Positions 9,901 to 21,948 of a DNA stretch of 64,000 nucleotides are shown piece by piece. Positions within the stretch are counted from its first letter, which is position 1. Each line of letters starts with the position of its first letter. The DNA is from Callorhinchus milii (lineage: Eukaryota). The position numbers were made by a program, and so were the translations under genes. Under the pieces are notes generated by a model. That model did not search any database and was not told the DNA's origin. It saw nothing but the letters and a program-made list of their open reading frames with translations. Where the stretch lies: assembly GCF_018977255.1 (NCBI RefSeq), contig NW_024704746.1:21204001-21268000 (forward strand), in the 5' to 3' direction.

Positions 9901-12900
9901 CTAAACATATTGAGTTCCTTATTTAGTGTGCTAAATATACACAAGCAATTATATTCCCTTTATAATATAGTGTAAAGAATACATAAGGTATTTCCTCTAT
10001 CATGTAACACTTTTTCACCACATGTATAATCCACATAGCCAATGTACAATATACATGAAGCACTGTATATTCTGTAAAAAATATGAATAAAGTATGGATT
10101 ACTCCTTCCATATTCTTCAGCGAGGGCTGAATTCAGATTCTGTTCCAATCATGCAATTATTTATCTCTGAATGATCCTCCTACCTGTAGGAGACTTTTGT
10201 ATCAACATTTTCATTGAACACTAATAATAGGAAAGCACGTAACAAATAGAACAGGGAGAAGCCATCAGGGAGAAAGAAGGAATAATTAATGATGTTCTCT
10301 AAAAGAGATATGTTTTTGGAGGGTCTGGGATGTCCTCCCACCAATGTGAAAGGTGCTATACAAATGTAATTTGTTGTTGTTATTGTTGTTTGTAGACAAG
10401 GAGAGAGGAAACAAGGCAAAGAGATTTTGGAAGAGTACAGATTTTGAGAAGTTTCATGCTATCACTGAGAATTGGTATAATACAAATTACATTTGAGTTA
10501 CTCATCAGCACACAGAGGTAGATACATTGAGGGTCTGCAGGGCTTGCTATTTTAGAGGGGACATCACTTACCACTTAGCACCAAGTCTGGGCATTCTTGG
10601 ACTGACTGGGTTGGGGAAGGTTGGTGGTGTGGGAGCTAAAGGGTTACTTGTGAATTGTACCTACCAATTAGTTTTCCAGCATATCCAAATTTAAAGGCAG
10701 GGCCTAGTGACGGACAGAGCAGAACATCGAGGTCCTGCTTTTTCCATTGGTTCATGTACTCGTCACTGTAAACCTGACCAAAATACAAGAATTCAGTGTC
10801 ATTAATAATGACCTGTCACCGGGAGCAGGGATTCTTCACACTTAGCTCCTGTTAACACTGCAAGCCCAAAGCCCTAACAGGTAAGGTGGTCTTAGCTGAC
10901 AAGCAGCCGGAAGTTAAACTCCAGCAGCACCCCAGAACATAATGTGGGATCCCCCCAAGCCTTGGCTCTTCCAAACTGTGCATAATAGTCTCTAGATTTG
11001 GGTAAGCAGGACGAGTGTGTGCATTCCAGGGAGAAAGTGTGCATTCAATTCCAGACACTATAAATTCTTGTCTCTTTCTTGATTTCACAAATTCCTTAGA
11101 TTCCTGGCCACAATACATGACAATTTTTGAGCTTACCTCTGCAGCATTGTGATACTCCCAAAGTAAAGTCACCGAGCTGTGAAAATATAAAACAAAGCCA
11201 CTAAAGAAGATGAGAAACAACAACTTGCATTTATATAGCGTCCTTCACGCCGGGCGGCATCTCGGGAGCATTTAAAACTACGTAATCAAAACATAAACTT
11301 TATTTTTCAAAAGCAAACAACCCTATTTAAAACATGGTATTCTGAACTAGCTTAAAATCACAATAACATTCAGCCATTGTCAAATAACAAGCTGATTGCT
11401 AAGTCAACTTTTTATTATGTCCTTATAATAGAATCTCTCATTATAAAGAGGCAACAAAGAGAAGCCTATAATAATAATAATAAGCATAAAATAGATTCTA
11501 TTGTGGACTAACAGCCTTTGTAACTGTTCACCAACAAGAGGGATATCAACGCTTCTTCCTGCGATACATTTTGCACCCGATGATATCAATGTGGCCATTT
11601 TACAACTCTGTATTTAATGTTCCATGTGATTTTGTTTTTAAAAATTCTTAAATAATCAGTGTTCAAGTTTTATTTAAGTTCTTAAATAATATACTTCAGC
11701 TCAAGAAACACTCCTAATATTGTTTCACTGCGTTGTCAAGAGTGCATATCCTGTGTGATCTTACTCTCACTGAACTGTCAAGGTAAGGACAGTAGTGGTG
11801 AAATAACTGATCCTCTGGTTGACATCAGCCATTTCAATACAGACTAGTTTTAAATTAGGTCTTCATGTTCAACTACAGACTCACGGAGTCATCCACGATA
11901 GTGCGAGGGGAGGGCAAGGGATGCTAAGCTGTCTCATCAAACTGATTTTTTTTCTCTTAAAGAATCCGTTCTCATGTATGGTCTTTGCAAAATATTCTGT
12001 GTTTACGTCTAAGACAAAAACAGCTAGTTTCTGCATCTACCACAGAAATCTGGTTCTCCTTTTATTCAATTCACGACTAACCTTACTCCACTTGTCGCCT
12101 TCAAAAAATCAGCAATTCGAGGACTCTACAAAAATAAATAGAAAGACATCATCGGAACTATCATTGTTGTCACAGCTGAGCAGTACCACCAGGTGGGCTG
12201 ATGGCAATCTCATCTAAACACACTGGGTAATAAAGCCAATAGGCCTACAGTTCCTCTCGTACTGAGCAGGATTACTATTGCATCGAGACATCATCAGGAG
12301 GGTAAACCTAATCTGTCTCACAGTGGATTTATCCCGGCTCACGTTCCAAACCCAGTGACCTCCTGCTCCGTCTCATGTGTTCAGGTGACAGACTAAGAGC
12401 CATGATAATAATAATCCTTGCATTTGATATAGTGCCTTATCATGTCTTCAAGATGTTTGAAAGCGCTTCACAAAATCTACTGTAAACTGAATTGACTGTA
12501 TATTTTGTGGGCGAAACCCAGCAGCCAATTGCCCACAGCAGTGTCCCACAAACAGTCGTGGATTGAGCGACCAAATTATTATTTTTATTTATATATTCAT
12601 TTATTTTGAAGGGATTATTACCTCCAGAAAAGCCATCCACCTTTCAACTAACAACCCGGTTCCTACGTACTGCTAGATGACATGAGAGGTAAAGCAGTGT
12701 CACTTACGAATGGTTTCAATAGAAATGACAAGATCTTCTTTATTATTGTCGGTATCTTGCACATAAAAAACTGTTGCTTCATATTAGGATCAATGATGTC
12801 TCCATCCCTAAAAAAACCAAATAAAGCCAAATGATTTAAAGAGAATTTGTTCCTTTTCTTGCACGTTTACATAAATAAGACCACGATCTGGATAACCAAG

Positions 12901-15900
12901 GTGAATAAGCATAATTTGAAATGGAAAAAGCTTTTCTGACGGCTTATATAAGTACAAAAAATGTTTTCATATTCCTCTAATAACCCCCTTGATTACCTAT
13001 CAGTGTATTTAATTATAATAATAATCCTTGCAATTGATATAAAGCCTTATCACATTGTTGAGACGTCTCAAAGCGCTTCACATAATATACTGTGAAGTGA
13101 ATTGACAGTGGGCAAAATGCGGCAGCAAATTAGGCACAGCAGTGTCCCTCGAATCACCCCATCTCCAACCTCCCTTTCCTCTCCAAGGTCCTGGAACAAG
13201 TTGTTGCTTCTCAGCTTCGCTCCTTCCTCTCCCGCCACTCCCTTCACAAACCCCTCCAATCGGGCTTCAGTGCCGCCCACAGCACAGAAACCGCTCTGGT
13301 CAAAGTGACAAATGACATTCTGTCCATCTGCGACCAGGACTCCCTCTGCCTCCTTGTCCTCCTTGGCCTCTCTGCTGCCTTCGAGACCATCAACCACTCT
13401 ATCCTCATCCACACCACCTCTCCTCTTACCTCAACCTTCATGGCGCTGTCCTTGTTCAGCTGGTACCTCTCACACTGCCTCCACTTCATCTCCACAAACG
13501 GCTTCTCCTCTAGCCCCCGTCCTGTCTCGTGCAGGGTTCCTCAGGGCTCTGTCCTTGGTCCCATCCTCTTCAATATCTATATGCTTCCTCTTGGTGACAT
13601 CATCCGCAGACATGGGGTCAACTTCCACATGTATGTGGATGACACCCAACTCTACCTCTCTGCCTCCACCCTTGACTCCAGGACCACTGTTGGCCTGACA
13701 GAATGTCTGTCAGACATCAAGTCCAGGATGAGAGCTAACTTTCTTCAGTTGAAAGTCAACAAGACCGAGGCTCCTGACTGGCTCCCGTCAGCACCTCCTC
13801 ACCTCAGGCGCTGAAAGCATCACCATCCATGGTCACACACTCCACCTTGCTAAGCCAGTCCAGAACCTTGGGGTCTTGTTTGACCCTCAACTATCTATTT
13901 TACCCCACATCTGCGCTATGACCTGCTCTGCCTTCCCCCAACTCCATTACGTCGCCCGGCTCCGACACTGTCTCACTCCGCAGGCCCCCGAAACCCTCAC
14001 AAACGCCTTCATTACATCGAGGTTTGACTATGCAAACTCACTGCTTGTCGGCCTCCCCAACTCCTCCCTCCACAGGCTGCAGATCATCCAGAACTTTGCA
14101 GCCCATGTCCTCTTCCGCACCCGACTCTGTGACCTTCATGGGGGTGATAGGGTCACGGAACCTCCACTGGCTTCCCATCACACAGAGGATACAGTTCAAG
14201 ATCCTGGTTCTCACCTTCAAAGCTTTCCATGGTCTTGTTCCCCCTATCTCTGCCACCTCCTAACCCCGTACCATCCTGCTCGCTCCCTCTGCCTGCTTCA
14301 CATCCCCTGCCTCGCTCACCCCACTATCGGCGGACAGGCCTTCCACCACTCTGCCCCACCCTCCGGAAATCCAACCCACAGTCCTTCTGCCTCACCCCCT
14401 CCCTTGTCTCCTTCAAGACCCATCTCAAGACCCTCCTCTTCAACTGTGGTTTCGATCTCCCTGTCCCCACCCCTCCGCCCACCGCCCTTCACCCTCCCCA
14501 ACCCCGACCCCCAGCTCGGGTCTGAAACTCTGTTTGTCCAGGGCCTTAGGACATCCTCCGGATGTGAAAGGTGCTATACAAATGTAAGTTTGTTGTTGTT
14601 ATTGTTATTGTGTATTAAATGACCAAACTTTTTTTTAAAAAGGGGTTATTACCCCTGGAAAGCGATCCTGCTAATTGACTAACTGACTTTTTCTTTAAAC
14701 ATTTGGAATTCAAAGGCACTGAGCTTTCTTACATTCTTTTCAGGAGTGAAGCACCTCCATCAGCTAGGATACCCGGAATAATTATTGTGTTCATAGCAAA
14801 GTAGGTTTTGGGTGGTGTGAAGGGTATTAACTGAAAAAAAGGAAAGGGCAAAGAGTAAAGATGTGGTCACTCAATCCACGACTGATTGTGGGACACTGCT
14901 GAACCCAATTGGCTGCCGCGTTTCGCCCACAAAATACACAGTCACTCCACTTTACGGTGTATTCTGTGAAGCGCTTTGAGACGGCTCGACGATGTGATCA
15001 AGCACTGTATCAAATGTAAGGATTATTTTATTTATTATTATTATTATTATGTGGACTATGAAAACAAAGGGAAGCAGTTGTAGACAACTCTGTGCTACTG
15101 AAACAACAAATCTATTATATTCTCTCGGGCAAGGAATTTCTGGCAGGCAAGCCCACAACATTTCTTTCAGTAATATTTTTAAAACGAATGAACAATTTAA
15201 AGTGGAAAATCCAGTTATCCAATTATCTGATTTGTGAACCAATCCGTATCTTTCTAATTGTTTTGGCTGCAACTGAATCAGTTCAAAAGTGGTAGAATAC
15301 ATAAGTATACCAGAAGCAAACTCACTGGTTTACATCTGGGACAGCTGATTTTCAGTTTTAATAATAATAATAAACCTTGCATTTGATGCAGCGCCTTATC
15401 ACGTTGTTGAGACGTCTCAAAGCGCTTCACAGAGTATACTGTAAAGTGAATTGATTGTGGATTCTGTGGGCGAAACCCGGCAGCCAATTGCGTACAGCAG
15501 TGCGCCAAACAATCATGGATTGAGTGACCGAATTATTATTTTATTTTTTTGATTGCTGTTGAGTCCACAAAAGGAAACAAATATCTACACATCTCAAATT
15601 GCACAACATCACACTGGTATTTTGCTCCATGTATGTAGCACAGATATTGGATGAGGGGGGGAATCGCATTATTCATTCACCCGACTTTCCTTTCTACCCA
15701 ATCTTTACAATTCTCTTGGAAGACTGACAAACTCACCGTGTGCCCGGCTTCTTCCAGCAACTGTTTGGTTTCCCTGATGGCACGTCGCATGCTGGGATTA
15801 GGGATCCAATATCCATCGCTCTCAAAATATCCTATCCTCAGCATTTTGGTGTTGGAGTAAATCTACAAGTAAAGAGAGGACATTGACAAAGATCAAATTC

Positions 15901-18900
15901 AAATTTATTCAAACATTTTTACAAATCAGCTCACGTGAGCAACTGCTGCTCGTTTGGTTGGGTATATTTTCAACTGATGGCTGAGTAAGTGGATCAATAT
16001 TAAACTGATTTCCCTTCATAAAGATATCACAGAAAGATCATATAATAATAAACCTTGCAATTTGATACAGCGCCTTATCACGTCTTCGAGACATCTCAAA
16101 GCGCTTCACAGAATATATACTGTAAAGTGACTGTGTGTCTTGTGGGCGAAATGCGGCAGCTAATTGTGCACAGCAGTGTCCCGCAAACAGGCGTGGATTG
16201 AGTGACAAAATTATTATTATTTCTTCTTTTGTAGAGGGAGTATTATCCCCAGGAAGCGATCGACTAACAACCGGTTTCCTACTTACTGCCAGGTAAACAG
16301 AGATGTGTGTGTGGACATATTCAAAATTACAACAGTGTGTCTTGTGTCTCCATATATTATTGTAACACTTCTCTGGTCAAATTGCCAGATATGCCATTAC
16401 ATATCAAGGATGTTTCATTGTGTAACACAAAACATGCTCTTTCCACCAGCATGTCCAGAAAGATACTTACAGTAACCTGCACTTTGGCAGCTCAGGAATC
16501 TCGTCTGTGAGGCTAAAGCCAGTATAATAGGCCAGTGTGTTACGCAAAAACCTGGTTAAAAATGCATCTGTTTTATCAGACACACTCTCCCATATACAAC
16601 AGGGTATCAAACAGGATTTGTTGTGTAACTTACCTCATCTTTAAAGGGAATGGGTGGCACCGTGGGATCCAGACGGAACATGTCTTCACACAGCAGAGCT
16701 TTCATGCACAAAGCCAAACTGTCCACATCTCTGGCCATTGGACCAATCATCACCTCAACTAGGAAAGAGCATCATTGATCACATCACTCACATCACAGCA
16801 TTCACTGTTCCATCATCCTGGAAAAAAATACTAATCAGAACTTTATCGAACAATATCGTGATACCATCTTGCACAATATAATTTATTCTTAGTTATTGAG
16901 AAGGTAAAGATCAATGTCTGACTGAGAGTAGAGGATGGCTGGGCCGGTTCCTTATCTTGTGGTGACCAGGACTGTATGGAGTAGTCAGATTGGGGTCTGG
17001 CGTCTTGGGACGTTATTGGAATTTTTAACGGAACAAACATTTTTGTGTAGGATAAAAAAAACTTACGAGTTTTCTGTCCGGCTACACTTGCCTTTATTCC
17101 TTTTTTGCTGTATGAAAAAAATACTCATTTATTATTCAATTAAAGGCATCAACCTCCTCATAAACTCTAGCAGCCTTATCAATGCATCAATGTCATTATT
17201 TAAGCTCTGGGATGAGAAATATATCACTTCACAACAACAACAGCAACAATAACAGCAACAAAACTGCATTTTTATAGCGCCTTTCACGTCGGGAATATAA
17301 AAACAGTGTTTGAAACTGTCTGCACTCTAGGCATACTTCAATAAATCATTTTTTAATGATTGCTTACTGCTTTTTCCTTTAAAGTCCAAATAAAAGTTAC
17401 AAAAATGTAGCAAACAGAAAGTTTCTTTGACATAAGCAAAAACTAGAGACTAAATATTGCAGCAACAAATAATTGAGTTCAGAGCAATTTGTTTCTCAGT
17501 TAAAGATACAACGTCCAGCCCTACAGTGTACCTGGGGGTGAGAGGAAAGACCTGCTCCATATATTGGATTGCTATGCTATGTAAATTTAGGCTATTAAAT
17601 AGCAAACAGAAAATTCTTACCTTAACCGATTGGCAGTGGGTTTGAAGCCACAGATACCACAAAATGAAGCTGGGAAGCGGATGCTGCCACCAATGTCAGA
17701 CCCGAAGCCAAGGATGGAGCCACCGCCTGCAATCAAAGCTCCCTCTCCACCAGATGACCCGCCGGATGTCCGATTGCCGTTGTACGGGTTGGCAGTTGAC
17801 CCAAATATGGGATTGCTGCACTCGTAGCTGTAACAAAGAATCAATCATTGCTTGTGAGTGACGGGAATCCTCACCCTCACCTGATTCCTAATCTCTCTGT
17901 TATTTCTTGAAGATTCTGCCCTTCACTTATGAATTCAGCATATGATAAAGTCAAGCTTTAAAATAAAACACTTTGGTTTAGCAATCACTTTAAATCAGAG
18001 GCCCCTCCTCACATGGTCTAAGCGACAGATTATGACAAAAAAAATCTTCTATCCGATGGGGGCTTGAGCAACCGTCATCTGTATTATATTATACAGCCTT
18101 AAGCCTTGGAGAGGGTTTAGATCTTCAATTAGCTGTTCTCTTTGCAGAATTAGGTTGCATAGCTAGAATACTGGCTTACCAGATGGGTTTATGATCTGTG
18201 TTTAAATCCATAATCCTATTCCTAGTCTTCAGACCAATTTCTAGTCCTCATTAAAACTTCTAGTGTTCAACAAAGTCTTACCTTAGCAGGGACTGTGGGA
18301 CATTGGTTTTCACAAAAGGGATTGCTCCTTGTTTCTTCAACACTTGGACTATAATGCTGTCTTCTTCCTCAGGTTTATTTATGAATCTAGAAAGTCCACA
18401 AGTTGAGTCATGGCCCTGTGTTAAAAAATCATGCAGAAACAAAAATCATGCATTATTATTGATGCCTTTGATTTAGTTTGTCCTCATTTCCCCAAGATCC
18501 CATCCTGAGCTCCGGTGCTCAGACAGAATTGTCCAGCTCCTGGCATGAAAGGTGCTGCATAAAATTGTAAATTGTCGTATATAGTTTACTGTTACTTTGA
18601 CAATGTTTTAAGATTTGGTTCCCTGTTCCGGAAAGTTTGGCCCTTGTTAAAAAAAAACTACTGAATATGAATTGAGCCCATTCTGACCTTCAGTGCTTTG
18701 AAATGAACATCAATGGTGCTCTATAAACCATTATTGTTTCGATTGCAAATATTGAGTATTTGTTTAATGTAATAAGAAGTTGAACAAATTCAGTGCACCA
18801 AGTGCAGAATCCTCATCATTTAATATTTATATTGCAGTGAAGTTAACTGAAGGTGCTCAGATATTCCTATATTTGGATTACAGTGTGGCTGCATTGGGAT

Positions 18901-21663
18901 CAATGGGCTCCTGATCAACATTCTTACCGGACAGTACTGAAAAGCAACTAACATTTGTTTAAGAAAATAGATCGTAAAGTTGCTCCCGGCTACTGTCAAT
19001 CGCATCTCTAGTCAAACCAGGAGAGAAACGGGGGAGTAACTCTCCTTGACTGTGAGAACATGCCTGACTCTGCCTTGGCCATTCGTCATCATTGCACAGC
19101 TAAACAATTAAGAACCTGTACCTTGTAAAAAAGGTTATCCTTGATACTGATTGGGATCCCGTACAGCATTCCCCTTATGCCACTTTCACCAAGTTCTTTA
19201 ACTTGTGCTTGACTTTCAGAAAGATAGTCAGTGATGCAGTTCAGTTCTTTTGTGACTTCTAAAGCCTTCAAGAGAAAAAATGTAATCATAACCACAGCAG
19301 ATAGAAAGGAAAATGGACAGCATGTTTGATAATTGGAACGCACAAACAAGTTAGCATTTGACTTTGTTCTTTACCTTGATCAACAACATAATTGTTTCAA
19401 CACACTCACCACCCCGCTTCCCCTCACCTTAAAGAACATTTTATCATGATGAGAAAACAAAGAGTTTCTATCTGAGTCTACAGTGAGACAGAGTCGCTCT
19501 CTTACTTTCTCCATGTAAGAATACAGCACAGATGCTGGTGTTAAAGAGCCTTCCTTCAGCTGTTTACAGAGCTCCCGAAGTGTGAGATGCAGAATAGATT
19601 CATCAACTCCACTATTGCCCTAAGAGGAAAGAACAATTCCCAGTTACAACATTGCAGATACTGCCACTTTGGAGCAAGTGACGGAGTTGCAGGAACACAT
19701 TAATAATAATAAATAAATAATAATATTAGTTGGGCAAAACGCAACAACCAGTTTGTGCACAGCAATGTCCCACAAACAGCCATGGAGTGGGTGACCAATT
19801 TTATGTGCGTTGTGTGTAAATCTCCACCCATGTAAATCTACATCATTCAATATTCCTGCACTTAGTGATCTGAGGATTTTTTGCCTGCCAACGCTTATTT
19901 GCCATGTACTCACACAATGTAGTTATGCTGTCAGAATGAGTTTGCAATGTTACAACTCTCAGCAAACAGTTTATGCAACATGTTCAACTTCATCTTTCCA
20001 ACTCCTGTACTACATTTCCCATAGTTTGGTTAGTTTAGGTTCCATATTATCAATTTACTAATGTTCACGCTGGAAAAGAGAAGATTGAGAGTTGACATGA
20101 TTGCTATCTTTAAGATTCTAAATGAGCAAAACAACATAGATCATGACAGGCTGTTTCATCTTGTGCAGACTAGTGAAATCAGAGGACACCGCCTGCGATT
20201 GAAGGGGGTAGATTCAGAACAAGTCTACGCAAACACTATGTCAGTGAGCGAATAGTGAACCTGTGGATCAGGCGGTTGAAGCAGGAAGTATTGATTCTTT
20301 CAAACACAGATTAGATAGTTTTCTTTTAGGAAATAACATTATGGGATATAGTACATAGGGAGTTTGGGACATATGTGCATGTGACCACCAGGAAGATGGA
20401 AGGCGACTAGATGGACCTTGGTCTTTTTTTGTCTAACATTTCTTATGTTCTTTCTGAACATTCACCTTCAAAGCCCTCCATGGTCTTGCTCCCCCTACCT
20501 CCTAACCCCTACCATCCTGCTCGCTCTCTCTCCGCTCAGTAGACTCCAACCTGTTTCACCTCCCCTGCCTCGCTCTCCCCACTATTGGCAGGTGGGCCTT
20601 CTGCCACTCTGCCCCACTTCTGGAACTCCATCCCGCAGTCCCTCCACCTCGCCCCCTCCTTGCCTCCTTCAAGACCCATCTCAAGATCCTACTCTTCGAC
20701 CATGCTTTCAGTCTCCCTCCTTGCCCCCCTGCCCTCAACCGTCCCCAATCCCGACCCCCAATTCGGGTCAGAAACTCTATCTGTCCATCGCCTTGGAACA
20801 TCCGTCGTGAAAAGAGCTATACAAATGTAATTTTATTGTTGTTCTTATGTTAATGCTTCACCAACTTCTCACTACCAAAAGCTGGAAACAAGCCTCCCAT
20901 TAGTCATTTCAACCAGGACAAAGTAATGAAAGAGCCTCAATAATAATAATAATCCTTGCATTTGATATATTGTTAAGTGAATTGACTGTATATTTGTGAG
21001 CGAAATGGAATAGCCAATTGTGCACAGCAGTGTCCCACAAACAGTCGTAAATTGAAGCGACCAATTTATTATTGTTTTTTGTTTTTTCTTCTTTGAGGGA
21101 TCAGGCATGTGGAGTAAGGAAATTTGCCCAAGGTGTTGCCCTGCTGGGAATCGAATCCAGTTCTCTCAATTGTGAGGCAAGTGCTTTTTGACTGTTTGGC
21201 AGTCAATAATAATCCCTCCAAAAAAAAATACAATAATAAATTGGTCATTTTCAATCTACGACTTGGCGATCCCAGAGTGCGTTTAGGATACTGCTGGAAT
21301 CTAACCAGCTAAACCTGCACAGCTTATCACTGAAAGCATTTGCTGAGCCATTAGGGTCTGGGTTTGCGGGGTTAGAAACACTTAGATTTAAAACATCTGA
21401 CTTAAGCGTAAAATATTTGATTCCCACCTGGATTCAGGCTTCAACCAGAAGTGGACTGAATCCTGCAAAACACTGAACTGCGCAATCCACCCACTGACAT
21501 GAAGTGGTAAGTTTCATGTCTGAACCAATGACGCAGCAGAACAATAACAACGGCGTTTCCCTTATTATTATTATTATATTATTGTTATGTTAATTCTGAA
21601 TCTATTTCGATGTGGAAAAAAAAAGCTAAAAGCTGCAGAGAGAGAGCGAGCCAGAGAGCAACC

Positions 21664-21700
<37 letters not shown>

Positions 21701-21948
21701 CGGGGGGTGAAGGACCTGAGCAGAAATTGGGACACGGTTCTCACCATCACTTTGTGCTGCTCTACAGCTCTCCTCATCTCCTCCAGGCCCTTGATCCTCT
21801 TGGTTCTTGCCTCCGGTATCACCCGCTTGTACCTGGTGCTCTTCATAAAGCTCGTCAGGGCCATGGTCAGCGAGACGCAGCACACCAGCACCAGGACTGG
21901 GACTGCTTTCAGGTCAACCCAAACGGTCTGAAGCCAGAGCATCGTCAT
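6990..21948 (-). CDS. FAAH: Fatty-acid amide hydrolase 1 / vitamin D3 hydroxylase-associated protein-like amidase, 15 exons, 585 aa
   Basis: Exons 21745-21948, 19506-19619, 19122-19265, 18282-18415, 17621-17827, 17067-17107, 16634-16758, 15737-15862, 14733-14830, 12708-12807, 12082-12125, 11137-11176, 10665-10773, 9686-9831, 6990-7115. All introns are GT-AG, phases are consistent, total 1758 nt. Amidase signature YGIPISIKD...[11 protein letters not shown]...[12 protein letters not shown]-terminal hydrophobic anchor, C-terminal [23 protein letters not shown] versus its VDHAP-type paralog is not resolved. Confidence 0.93.
7517..7670 (+). mobile_element. SINE 5' half (3' half at 9458-9607), split by a CR1 insertion
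   Basis: Head and body to ...GGTCAATCAAT; the family sequence resumes at CTGCTGTGCGCAATTGG after the CR1 tail. Confidence 0.8.
7745..9457 (+). mobile_element. 5'-truncated, degenerate CR1 LINE (reverse transcriptase remnant) in FAAH intron 14
   Basis: ORF pieces [55 protein letters not shown] with stops and frameshifts; (TTCTTATG)n tail. Confidence 0.93.
12244..12347 (-). pseudogene. Degenerate 28S rRNA-derived fragment including the sarcin-ricin loop (not a functional rRNA gene)
   Basis: Minus strand reads GGAACGTGAGCCGGG...GTGAGACAGATTAGGTTTACCCTCCTGATGATG...GTAATCCTGCTCAGTACGAGAGGAAC, colinear without gaps with the 3' domain of vertebrate 28S rRNA as I recall it. Confidence 0.85.
12405..12630 (-). 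mobile_element. SINE 3' portion
   Basis: Reverse complement of the family tail and body. Confidence 0.8.
13147..14600 (+). mobile_element. 5'-truncated, degenerate L2 LINE in FAAH intron 9 (abuts a minus-strand SINE tail at 13015-13146)
   Basis: RT motifs [39 protein letters not shown]; 3' end GTGAAAGGTGCTATACAAATGTAAG(TTG)n. Confidence 0.92.
14865..15050 (+). mobile_element. SINE 3' portion
   Basis: Family body and (ATT)n tail. Confidence 0.8.
15360..15545 (-). mobile_element. SINE 3' portion
   Basis: Reverse complement of the family tail and body. Confidence 0.8.
16040..16255 (-). mobile_element. SINE 3' portion
   Basis: Reverse complement of the family tail and body. Confidence 0.8.
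20060..20452 (+). mobile_element. CR1 LINE 3' fragment
   Basis: [19 protein letters not shown]...RGHRLRL with a TTCTTATGTTCT tail. Confidence 0.8.
20460..20845 (+). mobile_element. L2 LINE 3' fragment
   Basis: Matches the 3' end of 13147-14600; (TTG)n tail. Confidence 0.82.
20938..21190 (-). mobile_element. tRNA-derived SINE
   Basis: Reverse-complement family copy, followed by a short plus-strand body piece at about 21205-21262. Confidence 0.78.
21666..21697. repeat. (TG)n microsatellite in FAAH intron 1
   Basis: Visible dinucleotide run. Confidence 0.9.
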
